DNA from: Clostridia bacterium
Lineage (GTDB): Bacteria; Bacillota; Clostridia; RGIG6154
Direction of reading: 5' to 3'
DNA: 64,000 nucleotides
Assembly (NCBI GenBank): GCA_045589295.1
Contig: JAZNOU010000013.1
Coordinates: forward strand, 1 to 64,000
Shown here: one piece after another, positions 50,551 to 60,141 of the stretch
How the letters are laid out: each line of letters begins with the position of its first letter
Numbering within the stretch: position 1 is the first letter of the stretch
The notes under the pieces: generated by a model
Seen by the model: only the letters and a program-made list of their open reading frames with translations
Told to the model about the DNA's origin: nothing
The model's database searches: none
Program-made: the position numbers and the translations under genes

Positions 50551-51357
50551 ATGGAATTTTTAAAATCAGTACTGCTTGGAATAATCGAAGGTATCACAGA
50601 ATGGCTTCCTATTTCAAGCACAGGACATATGATATTATTTAATGAACTTACAAACACAACAGAAGGTTTTTTTACAACAGACGTGTTTTTGTATGTAATT
50701 CAACTCGGTGCTATTCTTGCTATTGCAACGCTTTATTTTAAAAAGCTAAACCCATTCTCACCATCAAAGTCATCACAGGAAAAGAAAGATACCTGGAGCA
50801 TGTGGTTTAAGGTTATTGTTGCATGCATTCCCGCGGCGGTAATAGGGCTTCTTTTAAACGACTTTATGGAAAACTTTGAAACACCTTTCGTTATAAGTGC
50901 AGCACTTATCATTTATGGTATCTTCTTTATTTTAATCGAAAACAAAAGAAAAACAGCAAAAATTTCAAATCTTAACGAACTTAATTACAAAACTGCAATC
51001 TTGATCGGACTTTTTCAGGTACTTTCAATTATTCCTGGAACATCGCGTTCAGGCTCAACCATTTTAGGTGCAATGCTTCTTGGTTGTTCAAGGGAACTCT
51101 CTGCAGAATTTTCATTTTTCCTTGCCATACCAGTAATGTTTGGCGTAAGCTTTTTAAAGCTTGTTACAAACGATTATGTTATGGCGCAAGCAGAATGGTT
51201 TATTTTAATTCTGGCAATGGTAATTGCCTACATAGTTTCCATAATTTCTGTTAAGTTTTTAACAAACTATGTTAAAAAACATGATTTCAAAGTTTTCGGC
51301 AAATACAGAATTGCACTTGGTATAATCATCATTCTTTTCTTTGCAATATTTAAGTAA
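50551..51357 (+). CDS. uppP: Undecaprenyl-diphosphate phosphatase (BacA)
   Basis: EGITEWLPISSTGH, IQLGAILA, PGTSRSG, EFSFFLAIP. Confidence 0.95.
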   Translation: MEFLKSVLLGIIEGITEWLPISSTGHMILFNELTNTTEGFFTTDVFLYVIQLGAILAIATLYFKKLNPFSPSKSSQEKKDTWSMWFKVIVACIPAAVIGLLLNDFMENFETPFVISAALIIYGIFFILIENKRKTAKISNLNELNYKTAILIGLFQVLSIIPGTSRSGSTILGAMLLGCSRELSAEFSFFLAIPVMFGVSFLKLVTNDYVMAQAEWFILILAMVIAYIVSIISVKFLTNYVKKHDFKVFGKYRIALGIIIILFFAIFK

Positions 51358-51359
51358 AC

Positions 51360-51392
51360 TAAAAGACGGCAATCAATGATTGCCGTCTTTTT
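51360..51392. terminator. Bidirectional terminator
   Basis: aaaaGACGGCAATC-aat-GATTGCCGTCtttt between convergent genes. Confidence 0.75.
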
Positions 51393-52065
51393 AATCTGTA
51401 TTTACAGCGCAGTCATAATTAAATAGCAAGGCAATTTGTTCCGCATCCACTTCTGGTGGTATTTCCAGTACAAATTTATAGTCTATTGTGCCATTTTCAA
51501 TGTTTTTTCTAAGCGAAACTTCACTGACAGTCACATGCAGTTCTTTTAATTTTACAACAGTGTTTTTTTGGAAATCGTTTTCTGTTACTCCCTTTACCCT
51601 CAAAATAGTAACTCTTGGTACTCTCAGCCATTTTTTATCCATATGAAGAATAATTTGCGCCAAGAGAACAAAAAGTGTTGCAACTATGCCTATAATATAC
51701 ATCCCTGCGCCTACTGCCATTCCAATTCCCGCAGTAGCCCATATACCCGCTGCAGTTGTAAGCCCGTTAATTGTATTTTTATGAACAAAAATCATACCTG
51801 CACCTAAAAAGCCAACACCGCTTACAATCTGTGCCGCTATTCTTGTTGGGTCTGCAGCTCTTATGGCCTCAGGAAAAATCGGATCATTAAAGCTATACAT
51901 TGAAACAATCATCATAAGTGCTGCTGCCATAGCAACCATAAAATGAGTTCTTACACCTGCACCTTTTGCTCTATTCTTTCTTTCAAATCCAATTGCAAAA
52001 CCACAAAGTCCTGCAATGAACATTCTTAAAATATAATGAAGTCCGAACCTAAAAACAATATCCAA
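51391..52065 (-). CDS. MgtC/SapB family protein
   Basis: IGFER, AGVRTH, DPTRIAAQIVSGVGFLGAG, GLTTAAGIW. Confidence 0.92.
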   Translation of the reverse strand: MDIVFRFGLHYILRMFIAGLCGFAIGFERKNRAKGAGVRTHFMVAMAAALMMIVSMYSFNDPIFPEAIRAADPTRIAAQIVSGVGFLGAGMIFVHKNTINGLTTAAGIWATAGIGMAVGAGMYIIGIVATLFVLLAQIILHMDKKWLRVPRVTILRVKGVTENDFQKNTVVKLKELHVTVSEVSLRKNIENGTIDYKFVLEIPPEVDAEQIALLFNYDCAVNTD

Positions 52066-52242
52066 TTTATATCCCCCTAATTTAAACAATATTCAAAATC
52101 ACCATAAAAATACTAAAGAATTTTGTTATAATTCGATATTATACAACGTTTTTTAATTTTTTGCAAGAAAAATAATCAAAAAAATTTTTAATGTATACAA
52201 ATGTACCTTCTTTATGATAAAATTATATAGAGAGGTGATTTT

Positions 52243-53037
52243 ATGTCAAGTATTTTAGATAGCGGTAAGCAATATCACATAAACACGACAAAAGGTGATG
52301 TTGGTAAATATGTAATTTTATGCGGTGACCCTGGAAGAGTTCCTGAAATTGCAAAACATTTTGAAAACGCTGAGCAAATATCATATAACAGGGAATATAA
52401 TGTTTACACAGGCTACTTAAAAGGTGTTAAAGTTTCTGCAGTTTCAACAGGAATCGGAGGACCATCTGCTGCAATCGCTGTTGAAGAACTTATAAAATGC
52501 GGGTGCCATACCTTTATAAGAGTTGGCACAAGCGGCGGAATTAAAGAAAGTGTTGCAGGCGGTGATATTGTTATTGCATCTGCCGCTGTTCGTTCTGAGG
52601 GCACCAGCAAAGAATACCTTCCCGAAGAATATCCTGCCGTTGCCGATTTTGAAGTGGTATCTGCCCTCAAAAATGCCGCACAAAAACTTTGCAGCGGCGA
52701 AGAATATGATAGTTATCACGTTGGAGTTGTTCACTCAAAAGACTCCTTTTATGGTGAAACCAATCCTGAGGAAATGCCCGTAGATTATATGCTTTTAAAC
52801 AAATGGAACGCCTATGTAAAGGCAGGTTGTCTTACATCTGAAATGGAATGCAGTGCAATTTTTTCTGTTGCTCTTACAAGAAATGTTCGTGCAGGTGCGG
52901 TGCTTTCTGTTTTATGGAATGTCGAAAGGTCTAAGAAAAACCTTCCTGATAAAATTAACCATTCAACCGAAAAAGCAATTATGTGTGCAATAGACGCAAT
53001 AAAAACTTTAATAGAACAAGAAAAAAACCGTCTGTAA
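52243..53037 (+). CDS. udp: Uridine phosphorylase
   Basis: QYHI, GDPGRV, NREY, STGIGGPS, RVGTSG, DSFYGE, SEME. Confidence 0.88.
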   Translation: MSSILDSGKQYHINTTKGDVGKYVILCGDPGRVPEIAKHFENAEQISYNREYNVYTGYLKGVKVSAVSTGIGGPSAAIAVEELIKCGCHTFIRVGTSGGIKESVAGGDIVIASAAVRSEGTSKEYLPEEYPAVADFEVVSALKNAAQKLCSGEEYDSYHVGVVHSKDSFYGETNPEEMPVDYMLLNKWNAYVKAGCLTSEMECSAIFSVALTRNVRAGAVLSVLWNVERSKKNLPDKINHSTEKAIMCAIDAIKTLIEQEKNRL

Positions 53038-53059
53038 ATCAGACGGTTTAATTTTTTAA

Positions 53060-53413
53060 TTATAAGCTTTTCTTTGCAGTTTCAACCAATGATGCAAATG
53101 CAGCAGGGTCGTTAACAGCAAGGTCAGCCAATACTTTTCTGTTTAATGTAATGCCAGCTTTTTTAAGACCATTCATAAATTTTGAATATGAAATATCGTT
53201 CATTCTTGCAGCAGCATTTATTCTTGTAATCCAGAGATTTCTGAAGTTTCTCTTCTTCTGCTTTCTTCCGATATAAGCATATACCAATGATTTCATTACT
53301 GCTTCGTTAGCAGTTCTGAACTGCTTGCTTTTCGCACCTCTGTAGCCTTTAGCAAGCTTTAATATTTTCTTATGACGCTGTCTTGTTGTAACAGCACCTT
53401 TAACACGAGCCAT
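53060..53413 (-). CDS. rplT: 50S ribosomal protein L20
   Basis: [23 protein letters not shown]. Confidence 0.98.
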   Translation of the reverse strand: MARVKGAVTTRQRHKKILKLAKGYRGAKSKQFRTANEAVMKSLVYAYIGRKQKKRNFRNLWITRINAAARMNDISYSKFMNGLKKAGITLNRKVLADLAVNDPAAFASLVETAKKSL

Positions 53414-53446
53414 TTATATTACCTCCTGAAATTTTCTGATATGTTA

Positions 53447-53644
53447 TTATTTGTAAGGAATCAACTTTTTGATTACCTTTGCGTTTGCAGGTGATGCATA
53501 CGCCATTTTTCTTAATCCTCTTTTTCTCTTTGTTGTCTTCTTTGTCAAAATGTGACTTCTGTAAGCACTGCCTCTTTTAACCTTGCCGTTTTTTGTAAGG
53601 CTAAATCTTTTAGCGGCTGCTCTGTGTGTTTTCAATTTAGGCAT
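53447..53644 (-). CDS. rpmI: 50S ribosomal protein L35
   Basis: [14 protein letters not shown]. Confidence 0.98.
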   Translation of the reverse strand: MPKLKTHRAAAKRFSLTKNGKVKRGSAYRSHILTKKTTKRKRGLRKMAYASPANAKVIKKLIPYK

Positions 53645-53672
53645 TTTTCAAAACTCCTTTATAAAAATTTGA

Positions 53673-54188
53673 TTAGTTCTTAGGTGTTATAAACATTGAC
53701 ATATTTCTACCTTCAAGCTTTGGCTTTTTATCAATGTTACCAACCTCTTCAAGAGCTTCGGCAAATCTGTCAAGCATTATTTCGCCGGCTTTTGAATATG
53801 CAACCTCTCTACCTCTGAAACGAATTGTAACTTTTACTTTATCTTTTTTACCGAGGAACTTTTTAGCCTGAGAAACTTTTGTATTGAAATCGTGTTCATC
53901 GGTTGTTGGTGAAAGTCTTACTTCCTTAATGTTAACAACACTTTGATTTTTCTTAGCTTCCTTTTCACGTTTTGCAATTTCAAAACGATACTTTCCGTAG
54001 TCCATAATCTTGCAAACGGGTGGAGCCGCGTGCGGAGCAATCATAACCAAGTCAAGGTTTTTCTGAGCTGCAAGACTGAGTGCCTCTTTTGATGACATAA
54101 CACCAAGCTGAGTACCTTCAGAATCGATAACTCTTACTTCTTTTGCCTTAATCTGCTCATTTAACATTACTTCCTGTTTACCGCTAAT
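53673..54188 (-). CDS. infC: Translation initiation factor IF-3 (ATT start)
   Basis: GGAGGTG RBS 7 nt before ATT at 54188; PPVCKIMDYGK, KVTIRFRGRE. AUU initiation is the known infC autoregulation. Confidence 0.95.
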   Translation of the reverse strand: MSGKQEVMLNEQIKAKEVRVIDSEGTQLGVMSSKEALSLAAQKNLDLVMIAPHAAPPVCKIMDYGKYRFEIAKREKEAKKNQSVVNIKEVRLSPTTDEHDFNTKVSQAKKFLGKKDKVKVTIRFRGREVAYSKAGEIMLDRFAEALEEVGNIDKKPKLEGRNMSMFITPKN

Positions 54189-54235
54189 AACGATACACCT
54201 CCAAAAAAATTTAAAATAACAATTACTTTTCGGTT

Positions 54236-54340
54236 CAAAAAAATTAGAGAACCGCAATAAAACAGTTCTCTACCATTAACTTAAGGTATTAACCCTTTCA
54301 TAAACTGAACTTAGGGTGAGAAGTAATCTTCTGCTTTATT
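54236..54340 (-). promoter_or_regulatory. L20 ribosomal protein leader
   Basis: AGCAGAAG-atta-CTTCTCACC motif, then terminator TAGAGAACTG..CGGTTCTCTA plus U-run, upstream of infC-rpmI-rplT. Confidence 0.8.
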
Positions 54341-54367
54341 GACCTGTATATAATACCATACTTTTTT

Positions 54368-55225
54368 TCACTTGTCAACACTTTTTTGTTGTTTTTTAAA
54401 AATAGCAGTCATAACCCTGTCATTACCGCCTATATCCTGAATAAGCTTAATATCACTATATCCATTTTCGGTTAAAATTCTATGAACAGCTTTTGCCTGA
54501 TTATGTCCTATTTCAAGGGCAAGCATTCCACCCTCATTTAAAATACCTTTTGCATACTGTGCAATTTTAACATAAAATTTAAGCCCGTCTTCCCCGCCGT
54601 CTAATGCAATATGCGGTTCGTAATCTTTTACAACGCTGTCCAGCTTTGAAACAACTTCTGTTTCAATATATGGAGGGTTTGAAACAACAATATCGTATTT
54701 AAAATCATAGTTTTCTGATGTTAATATATCATCTTGATAAAATTCAACACACACACCATTTGATTTTGCGTTTTTCTTTGCAATTTCAAGTGCTTTCCCA
54801 CTTATATCACATCCCCTCACAACAGAACAGTTAATATACTTTGCAAGCGATACTGCAATACATCCGCTTCCAGTGCAAATATCTAAAACTGAAGGATTGC
54901 TCGGTCTTGTTTTTAAAATTGTTTCAACCAGACTTTCTGTATCCTGGCGAGGTATCAAAACATCTTTTGAAACTTCAAATTCAAGCGACATAAACTGAAC
55001 ACTTTTTGTTATATACTGACACGGAACACCATTAATTCTTTCATCAAGTGCTTTATCAAGTTCTGAAATATCAATGTCTTTGCTTGGTGTTATTATTATA
55101 GAACTTAAATCTCCCTTCAAAAAATCGTTCACCAGAAAACGCGCGTCCGATTTGTATTCAGCTACTTTGCCGTCTTTTAATTTGTTTTCGGAATATTTTA
55201 AAACATCTTTTAATTTCATTACCAT
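54368..55225 (-). CDS. prmC: Release factor glutamine methyltransferase
   Basis: LIPRQDTE, LDICTGSG, SNPPYI, ALDGGEDGL. Confidence 0.94.
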   Translation of the reverse strand: MVMKLKDVLKYSENKLKDGKVAEYKSDARFLVNDFLKGDLSSIIITPSKDIDISELDKALDERINGVPCQYITKSVQFMSLEFEVSKDVLIPRQDTESLVETILKTRPSNPSVLDICTGSGCIAVSLAKYINCSVVRGCDISGKALEIAKKNAKSNGVCVEFYQDDILTSENYDFKYDIVVSNPPYIETEVVSKLDSVVKDYEPHIALDGGEDGLKFYVKIAQYAKGILNEGGMLALEIGHNQAKAVHRILTENGYSDIKLIQDIGGNDRVMTAIFKKQQKSVDK

Positions 55226-56148
55226 CTGTCCTCTTCGGGGTTATCAGTTAAAACCTCTTTCATTGACGCAATAGCAACTTCCAATTGACTGTCATCCGGC
55301 TCGTTTGTTGTGATTTTCTGCAAGCAAAGTCCCGGATAGCTGATAATTTTTGTTAAAAAATTATCATACTTACCCGCAAGCTTTATTATCTCATATGAAA
55401 CTCCTGCAACAACAGGTAAAAGTGCTATCCTTGTAAGGCTTCTTACCAAAACATTATCCCATCTTAAAAACGAGAAAAAGATTATGCTTACCACCATAAC
55501 AATAAGCAAAAAGCTTGTTCCGCATCTTGGGTGAAGTCTTGACATTTTTTTAGCATTTTCAGGTGTGAGTTCCAATCCAGCCTCATAACACGCAATTGTT
55601 TTGTGTTCTGCTCCGTGGTACTGAAAAACTCTTTTAATGTCTTCCATTTTAGAAACTGCCCATAAATACACTAAAAATATAACTATTCGTGTTACACCTT
55701 CTAACAGACTTTTTAAAATTGGGCTTTGAATAAAATCTTTTGTAAGTCCGATTATCCATGTGGGAAGCAGAATAAACAACCCTACCGACAAAATAAGTGA
55801 CAACACCACAGAAAAATAAATAACTATATCTTTTACTTTATCACCTAATTTATCTTCCAACCACTTATCAAATTTAGACGGTTGCTCTTCTTCCAAATCA
55901 ATAAACTCTGCTGAATACATCAAAGTTTTTGTGCCTAAAATCAACGACTGCACAAAATTGATACAACCTCTTACTATTGGAAGTTTTACAAACCAATTCT
56001 TCTTTTTATCAGGAATATCTTTTTTGTCAATTATTATTTCTCCGTCAGGCTTTCTTACCGCGACAGCATAGGATTTTGGTCCGCGCATCATAACGCCTTC
56101 CATTACCGCCTGACCGCCTATTGACGTCTTGTGAACATTTTTACTCAT
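55219..56148 (-). CDS. DUF1385 membrane protein
   Basis: IGGQAVMEGVMMRG, YHGAEHK, HPRCGTSF; usual prmC neighbour. Confidence 0.9.
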   Translation of the reverse strand: MSKNVHKTSIGGQAVMEGVMMRGPKSYAVAVRKPDGEIIIDKKDIPDKKKNWFVKLPIVRGCINFVQSLILGTKTLMYSAEFIDLEEEQPSKFDKWLEDKLGDKVKDIVIYFSVVLSLILSVGLFILLPTWIIGLTKDFIQSPILKSLLEGVTRIVIFLVYLWAVSKMEDIKRVFQYHGAEHKTIACYEAGLELTPENAKKMSRLHPRCGTSFLLIVMVVSIIFFSFLRWDNVLVRSLTRIALLPVVAGVSYEIIKLAGKYDNFLTKIISYPGLCLQKITTNEPDDSQLEVAIASMKEVLTDNPEEDRW

Positions 56149-56149
56149 A

Positions 56150-57166
56150 TTAATCTCCTTTTTGTGTTAACCACTTTACTGCAACCCTGTCTGCTGCATA
56201 CAATACTGATGCAAGCAGCACAGATGCCAGCAAGGTGAAATACACGTAAATATTTCCGTTTAGCTTTAAATATCCGTTTAAAAGTGTTATAACAATCCCG
56301 TGAACCATATAAAATTCAAAGGAAATCTTTCCTATGTATTTCAAAACAAAATTATGTATTTTAACTTTTTGAAGACACATCATCATAAATAGTTGAAACA
56401 CAATCGCTGTAATATTTGAACCTGCAACATAAAAATATTCATTTTTAAAAGTTGCAATCAAAAGTGCAACTGTTATACCAAACATTGTAACTACTTTCAA
56501 AAAGCCTTGCCTTCTTACAACCAAGGTCAATGTATCTTTAAAATGATACCAAATTACTCCACCAGAAAAACAAAATGCAGTTGTGTACCAATAATTATCA
56601 AATCCCGCCTTCTTTACAAGATATATATACAATATACTGATTGGCAAAGTTAAAAACACCGCAATATTTCTTTTAAACACATTAAATGTCATATAAAATG
56701 TGACATAAAAATAAATTATCGAAACAATATACCAACTAAAAGACACATACGGCTCGCCTGTTTTATATGAATTTATAAAACTCACAAAAGTAGTTTCAAC
56801 ACCAAGAGCCTGCCTTATTCCCAAATAAATAACATTAGCAAATAAATATGGCACAAGTAATGAAATTAACCTGTTTTTCAAGAAGTTTCTTAAATAACGT
56901 TTTTTATTAACCGTACCGTACATAAGCCCATATCCAGACAGAAAAAAGAAAATGCTTGTAGATAAAAAACCTATATACATAAACCCCGCTGTCCACTCAT
57001 CATGGTCGTATGCGGATATATGTTGCATTGTGACTAAAAGTGCACACATACCCCTTAAAGACGTTGTGTTTTCCAAAGACAAATAATCATCGTTATATGT
57101 CCCCTTAGGACTTATTTTAGCACAAAAAAATATTATTAGCAATATCGCAAATGGTACTGTTACCAA
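56150..57166 (-). CDS. Acyltransferase-3 family membrane O-acyltransferase
   Basis: LRG....V..QH, FFFLSGYGL, R...L.VPY, WYI, GKISFEFYMVH. Confidence 0.85.
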   Translation of the reverse strand: MVTVPFAILLIIFFCAKISPKGTYNDDYLSLENTTSLRGMCALLVTMQHISAYDHDEWTAGFMYIGFLSTSIFFFLSGYGLMYGTVNKKRYLRNFLKNRLISLLVPYLFANVIYLGIRQALGVETTFVSFINSYKTGEPYVSFSWYIVSIIYFYVTFYMTFNVFKRNIAVFLTLPISILYIYLVKKAGFDNYWYTTAFCFSGGVIWYHFKDTLTLVVRRQGFLKVVTMFGITVALLIATFKNEYFYVAGSNITAIVFQLFMMMCLQKVKIHNFVLKYIGKISFEFYMVHGIVITLLNGYLKLNGNIYVYFTLLASVLLASVLYAADRVAVKWLTQKGD

Positions 57167-57230
57167 AATCCATACCTCAAATCGATTATAATGTTATTAC
57201 GAATATTTAAATTCTTAAGTTAAGAACCAA

Positions 57231-57959
57231 TCACTGACAAATCTTTCTTCCAAGTCCCAACGCATTTAACAAAAGCTTAAATATAATTTCGTGGCCCTTA
57301 TCGTTTGGGTGCAATCCATCATCAAGCAGAGAATCAACTGATATATTCTTTATTTCACAATATTCTAAAAACAAAGAATACATACTAATAAACGGGAATT
57401 CATAAACACTTGCCGCTTTCATATAAAGGTTATTGATATCATCCATATGAATCACTCGCCAAAATGTTTCACTATCTTTTTCATTTTCAGCCGTAGCCGG
57501 AATGTTTGCAACAAAAATCACGCTCTTTTGTGCCTCAATAAACTTATTATGCAATTTAACAATATTGTTGTAAAAAGTTTCCATATGTTCACGTCTTGTA
57601 TGCTTAGGTGCATCCGTTAAATATTGATGACGGTTATTTGTTCCAATGGTACATATAACAATATCATCTTGTTTATCGACAAGTTTATCAAAATTATTGA
57701 TAATAAATTCTATTTGCGTACCAGAGCAAGCGTTATTTGTAACAACACAGTCAAACTGCGATTCCATATATTCCTTAAACATTTTTGCCCAACAGTACCC
57801 ATAATTATTTCGCGCAAAATTATCAATAATAATTTCACCATTCTGTTCAAATCCGGTTCCACCCACGCCATGTGTAATAGAATCCCCTAAAAGCTTTATA
57901 TGCACTGTACGTTCTGAAAGCACTACATTATTAATAATTTTGGCAATAACTTTATCCAT
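57231..57959 (-). CDS. SGNH/GDSL hydrolase
   Basis: GDSIT, NACSG, GTNN, DGLHPN; no signal peptide. Confidence 0.88.
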   Translation of the reverse strand: MDKVIAKIINNVVLSERTVHIKLLGDSITHGVGGTGFEQNGEIIIDNFARNNYGYCWAKMFKEYMESQFDCVVTNNACSGTQIEFIINNFDKLVDKQDDIVICTIGTNNRHQYLTDAPKHTRREHMETFYNNIVKLHNKFIEAQKSVIFVANIPATAENEKDSETFWRVIHMDDINNLYMKAASVYEFPFISMYSLFLEYCEIKNISVDSLLDDGLHPNDKGHEIIFKLLLNALGLGRKICQ

Positions 57960-58172
57960 TGCAGCCATTCTCCCTTTCACAAAACTCAACATCATACAGT
58001 TTAAAATTGAAAATAACATAAATCTGCAAATTTTCACACATAGTTATTATATCATCCAAGCCAACAATAGTCAATTGTATTATTAACGATTTACGCTCTG
58101 TTAAGCAAGAAAACGGACATAAAAAAGAGCAAACTGAAATCAATTCAGCCAGCTCTTTTCTTAGTATTTAAT

Positions 58173-58260
58173 GTTGCCAAATCGTTGCCATTTTCATTTA
58201 AAAATACCCGAAAACGGCGTGGTTATGCGGTTTTCACTCCGCAATTTGTTATTCCCACTC
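58173..58260. mobile_element. Probable att-site remnant at the guaA 3' end
   Basis: GTTGCCA direct repeats at 58173 and 58184 (11-bp period) and TTATGCGGTTTT at 58223, next to the guaA stop (GAGTGGGAATAA). The guaA 3' end is a known integration hotspot. No integrase is visible. Confidence 0.5.
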
Positions 58261-59229
58261 GATTGTTCCGATTGGCTTTGGTGTTAAGTCTAACAGAACA
58301 CGGTTAATGCCTTCAACCTCATTTGTGATGCGGTTTGTGATTTTGTGAAGAATTTCGTATGGAATTTCTTCAATTGTTGCGCTCATTGCATCTGTTGTAT
58401 TAACCGCGCGAATAATTGCAGGCCATCCTTCGTAACGTTTATCATTTCTAACACCTACGCTTTTGAAATCAGGAACTGCAATAAAGTACTGCCATACTTT
58501 TTCAGCAAGACCGCAGTTGTCAAATTCTTCTCTTAAAATTGCATCTGCTTCACGAAGAGCGTTAAGTCTGTCTCTTGTGATTGCACCTAAGCATCTTACG
58601 CCAAGACCAGGACCCGGGAATGGCTGACGATATACCATAGCATGAGGAAGTCCTAAAGCTTCACCTACAACACGAACTTCGTCTTTATAAAGAAGTTTTA
58701 CCGGTTCAACCAATTCAAACTGCATATCTTCAGGCAATCCACCTACATTATGATGAGCTTTTACGCCATCACTTTCAAGAATATCCGGATAAATTGTTCC
58801 CTGTGCAAGGAAAGAAATACCTTCAAGTTTTGATGCTTCTTCATCAAACACTTTAATAAATTCGCCGCCAATTATTTTACGTTTCTTTTCAGGTTCGCTT
58901 ACCCCTGCAAGCAAATCAAGAAAACGATCGGTTGCATCAATATAAATCAAGTTTGCATCAAGTTCTTTACCGAAAATTTCAATAACTTGTTCACTTTCAC
59001 CTTTTCTCATAAGTCCGTGGTTTACATGAACACATACAAGTTGTTTGCCGATTGCTTTAATCAAAAGTGCCGCAACAACAGAAGAATCCACACCACCCGA
59101 AAGAGCAAGAAGTACTTTTTTATCTCCTACCTGTGCCTGAATTTCTTTAACCTGCTCATCTATAAACGCATTTGCCTGCTCAAAAGTTGTTATACGTTCC
59201 ATAGAATCTGGGCGTACATTATTTTCCAT
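58249..59229 (-). CDS. guaA: GMP synthase, ATP-pyrophosphatase and dimerisation domains only (no GATase)
   Basis: ALSGGVDS, PEKKRKIIG, QGTIYPD, HHNVGGLP, PFPGPGL, KP..TIEWE; 326 aa with its own AGGAGG RBS. Confidence 0.9.
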   Translation of the reverse strand: MENNVRPDSMERITTFEQANAFIDEQVKEIQAQVGDKKVLLALSGGVDSSVVAALLIKAIGKQLVCVHVNHGLMRKGESEQVIEIFGKELDANLIYIDATDRFLDLLAGVSEPEKKRKIIGGEFIKVFDEEASKLEGISFLAQGTIYPDILESDGVKAHHNVGGLPEDMQFELVEPVKLLYKDEVRVVGEALGLPHAMVYRQPFPGPGLGVRCLGAITRDRLNALREADAILREEFDNCGLAEKVWQYFIAVPDFKSVGVRNDKRYEGWPAIIRAVNTTDAMSATIEEIPYEILHKITNRITNEVEGINRVLLDLTPKPIGTIEWE

Positions 59230-59355
59230 AAAGATTCCTCCTAAGTAATATTTCTAATGTTAATATGATACCATATTTTTCAAAAATTATCAATAGCCAA
59301 GAGTTTATTTTTTCAAAAAAATGAGCGGCAAGCTATTTGCTTGCCGCCTTATCAA

Positions 59356-60090
59356 TTACTGATTCTGATATTTGTTGATTATTTCATCAAGTTTTCCTGT
59401 TTCTTTGAGTGCTATAATTACTTCATTGATCTTTTCCAAAAGTTCTGCATTGCCTTTTTTAACAGCAATAGCATATTCTTCAGCTTCAAATGAAGGATCT
59501 TCAATTACTTTAAGTCCTTCGTTTTTATTAACAAACATTTTTGCAGGCTGAAGGTCGATAACAACAGCATCAAGCTTACCGTTTTTGAGTTCCATAACAG
59601 CATCTACACCACGTTTGAATGTAAGCATATCTTTAATCTGATATGTTTCTGTGCAGATAACTTCACCTGTGTAACCTGTGATAGCACCTACTCTTTTATC
59701 AAGAATATCGTCGATACCTTTAATATCACTGTCTTCTGCTACGATAATACCTTGTGTTGCTGTGTAGTATGTTTCAGAAAAATCAACTGATTTTCTTCTT
59801 TCGTCGTTAGCTGTCATACCAGCTGCAACAAAATCAACTTTATCTGTGCTGAGCGCTCCCAAAAGTGATTCAAATTCCATATCGTTGATGTTAAGTTCTT
59901 TGCCGAGCTTTTCAGCAATAGCTGCACCGATTTCTGCATCGATACCAACGATTTTGTCACCTTCGATAAATTCAAAAGGCTCAAAAGCTGCGTTTGTTCC
60001 CATTGTAACAACGTTAGCTTTTTCTCCGCCGCATGATACCAATGCAACTGCTAAAACAGCTACCATAAGTAATGCAATAATTTTTTTCAT
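59356..60090 (-). CDS. Polar amino acid ABC transporter substrate-binding lipoprotein
   Basis: Lipobox LVSC, TNAAFEPFEF, GIDAEI, GMT...R..SVDFS. Confidence 0.9.
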   Translation of the reverse strand: MKKIIALLMVAVLAVALVSCGGEKANVVTMGTNAAFEPFEFIEGDKIVGIDAEIGAAIAEKLGKELNINDMEFESLLGALSTDKVDFVAAGMTANDERRKSVDFSETYYTATQGIIVAEDSDIKGIDDILDKRVGAITGYTGEVICTETYQIKDMLTFKRGVDAVMELKNGKLDAVVIDLQPAKMFVNKNEGLKVIEDPSFEAEEYAIAVKKGNAELLEKINEVIIALKETGKLDEIINKYQNQ

Positions 60091-60141
60091 AATAAATCTC
60101 TCCTTTAATATTTAAAACTCTTTTTTGAGTTTTTTACAAAT

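Noticed and set aside
54189-54257. Extended infC N-terminus, or novelty of its non-AUG start
   Set aside because: The RBS points to ATT at 54188, and AUU initiation of infC is well known.
59230-59355. Purine riboswitch or lost GATase fragment upstream of guaA
   Set aside because: Region too short; holds only the ABC operon terminator and a promoter.
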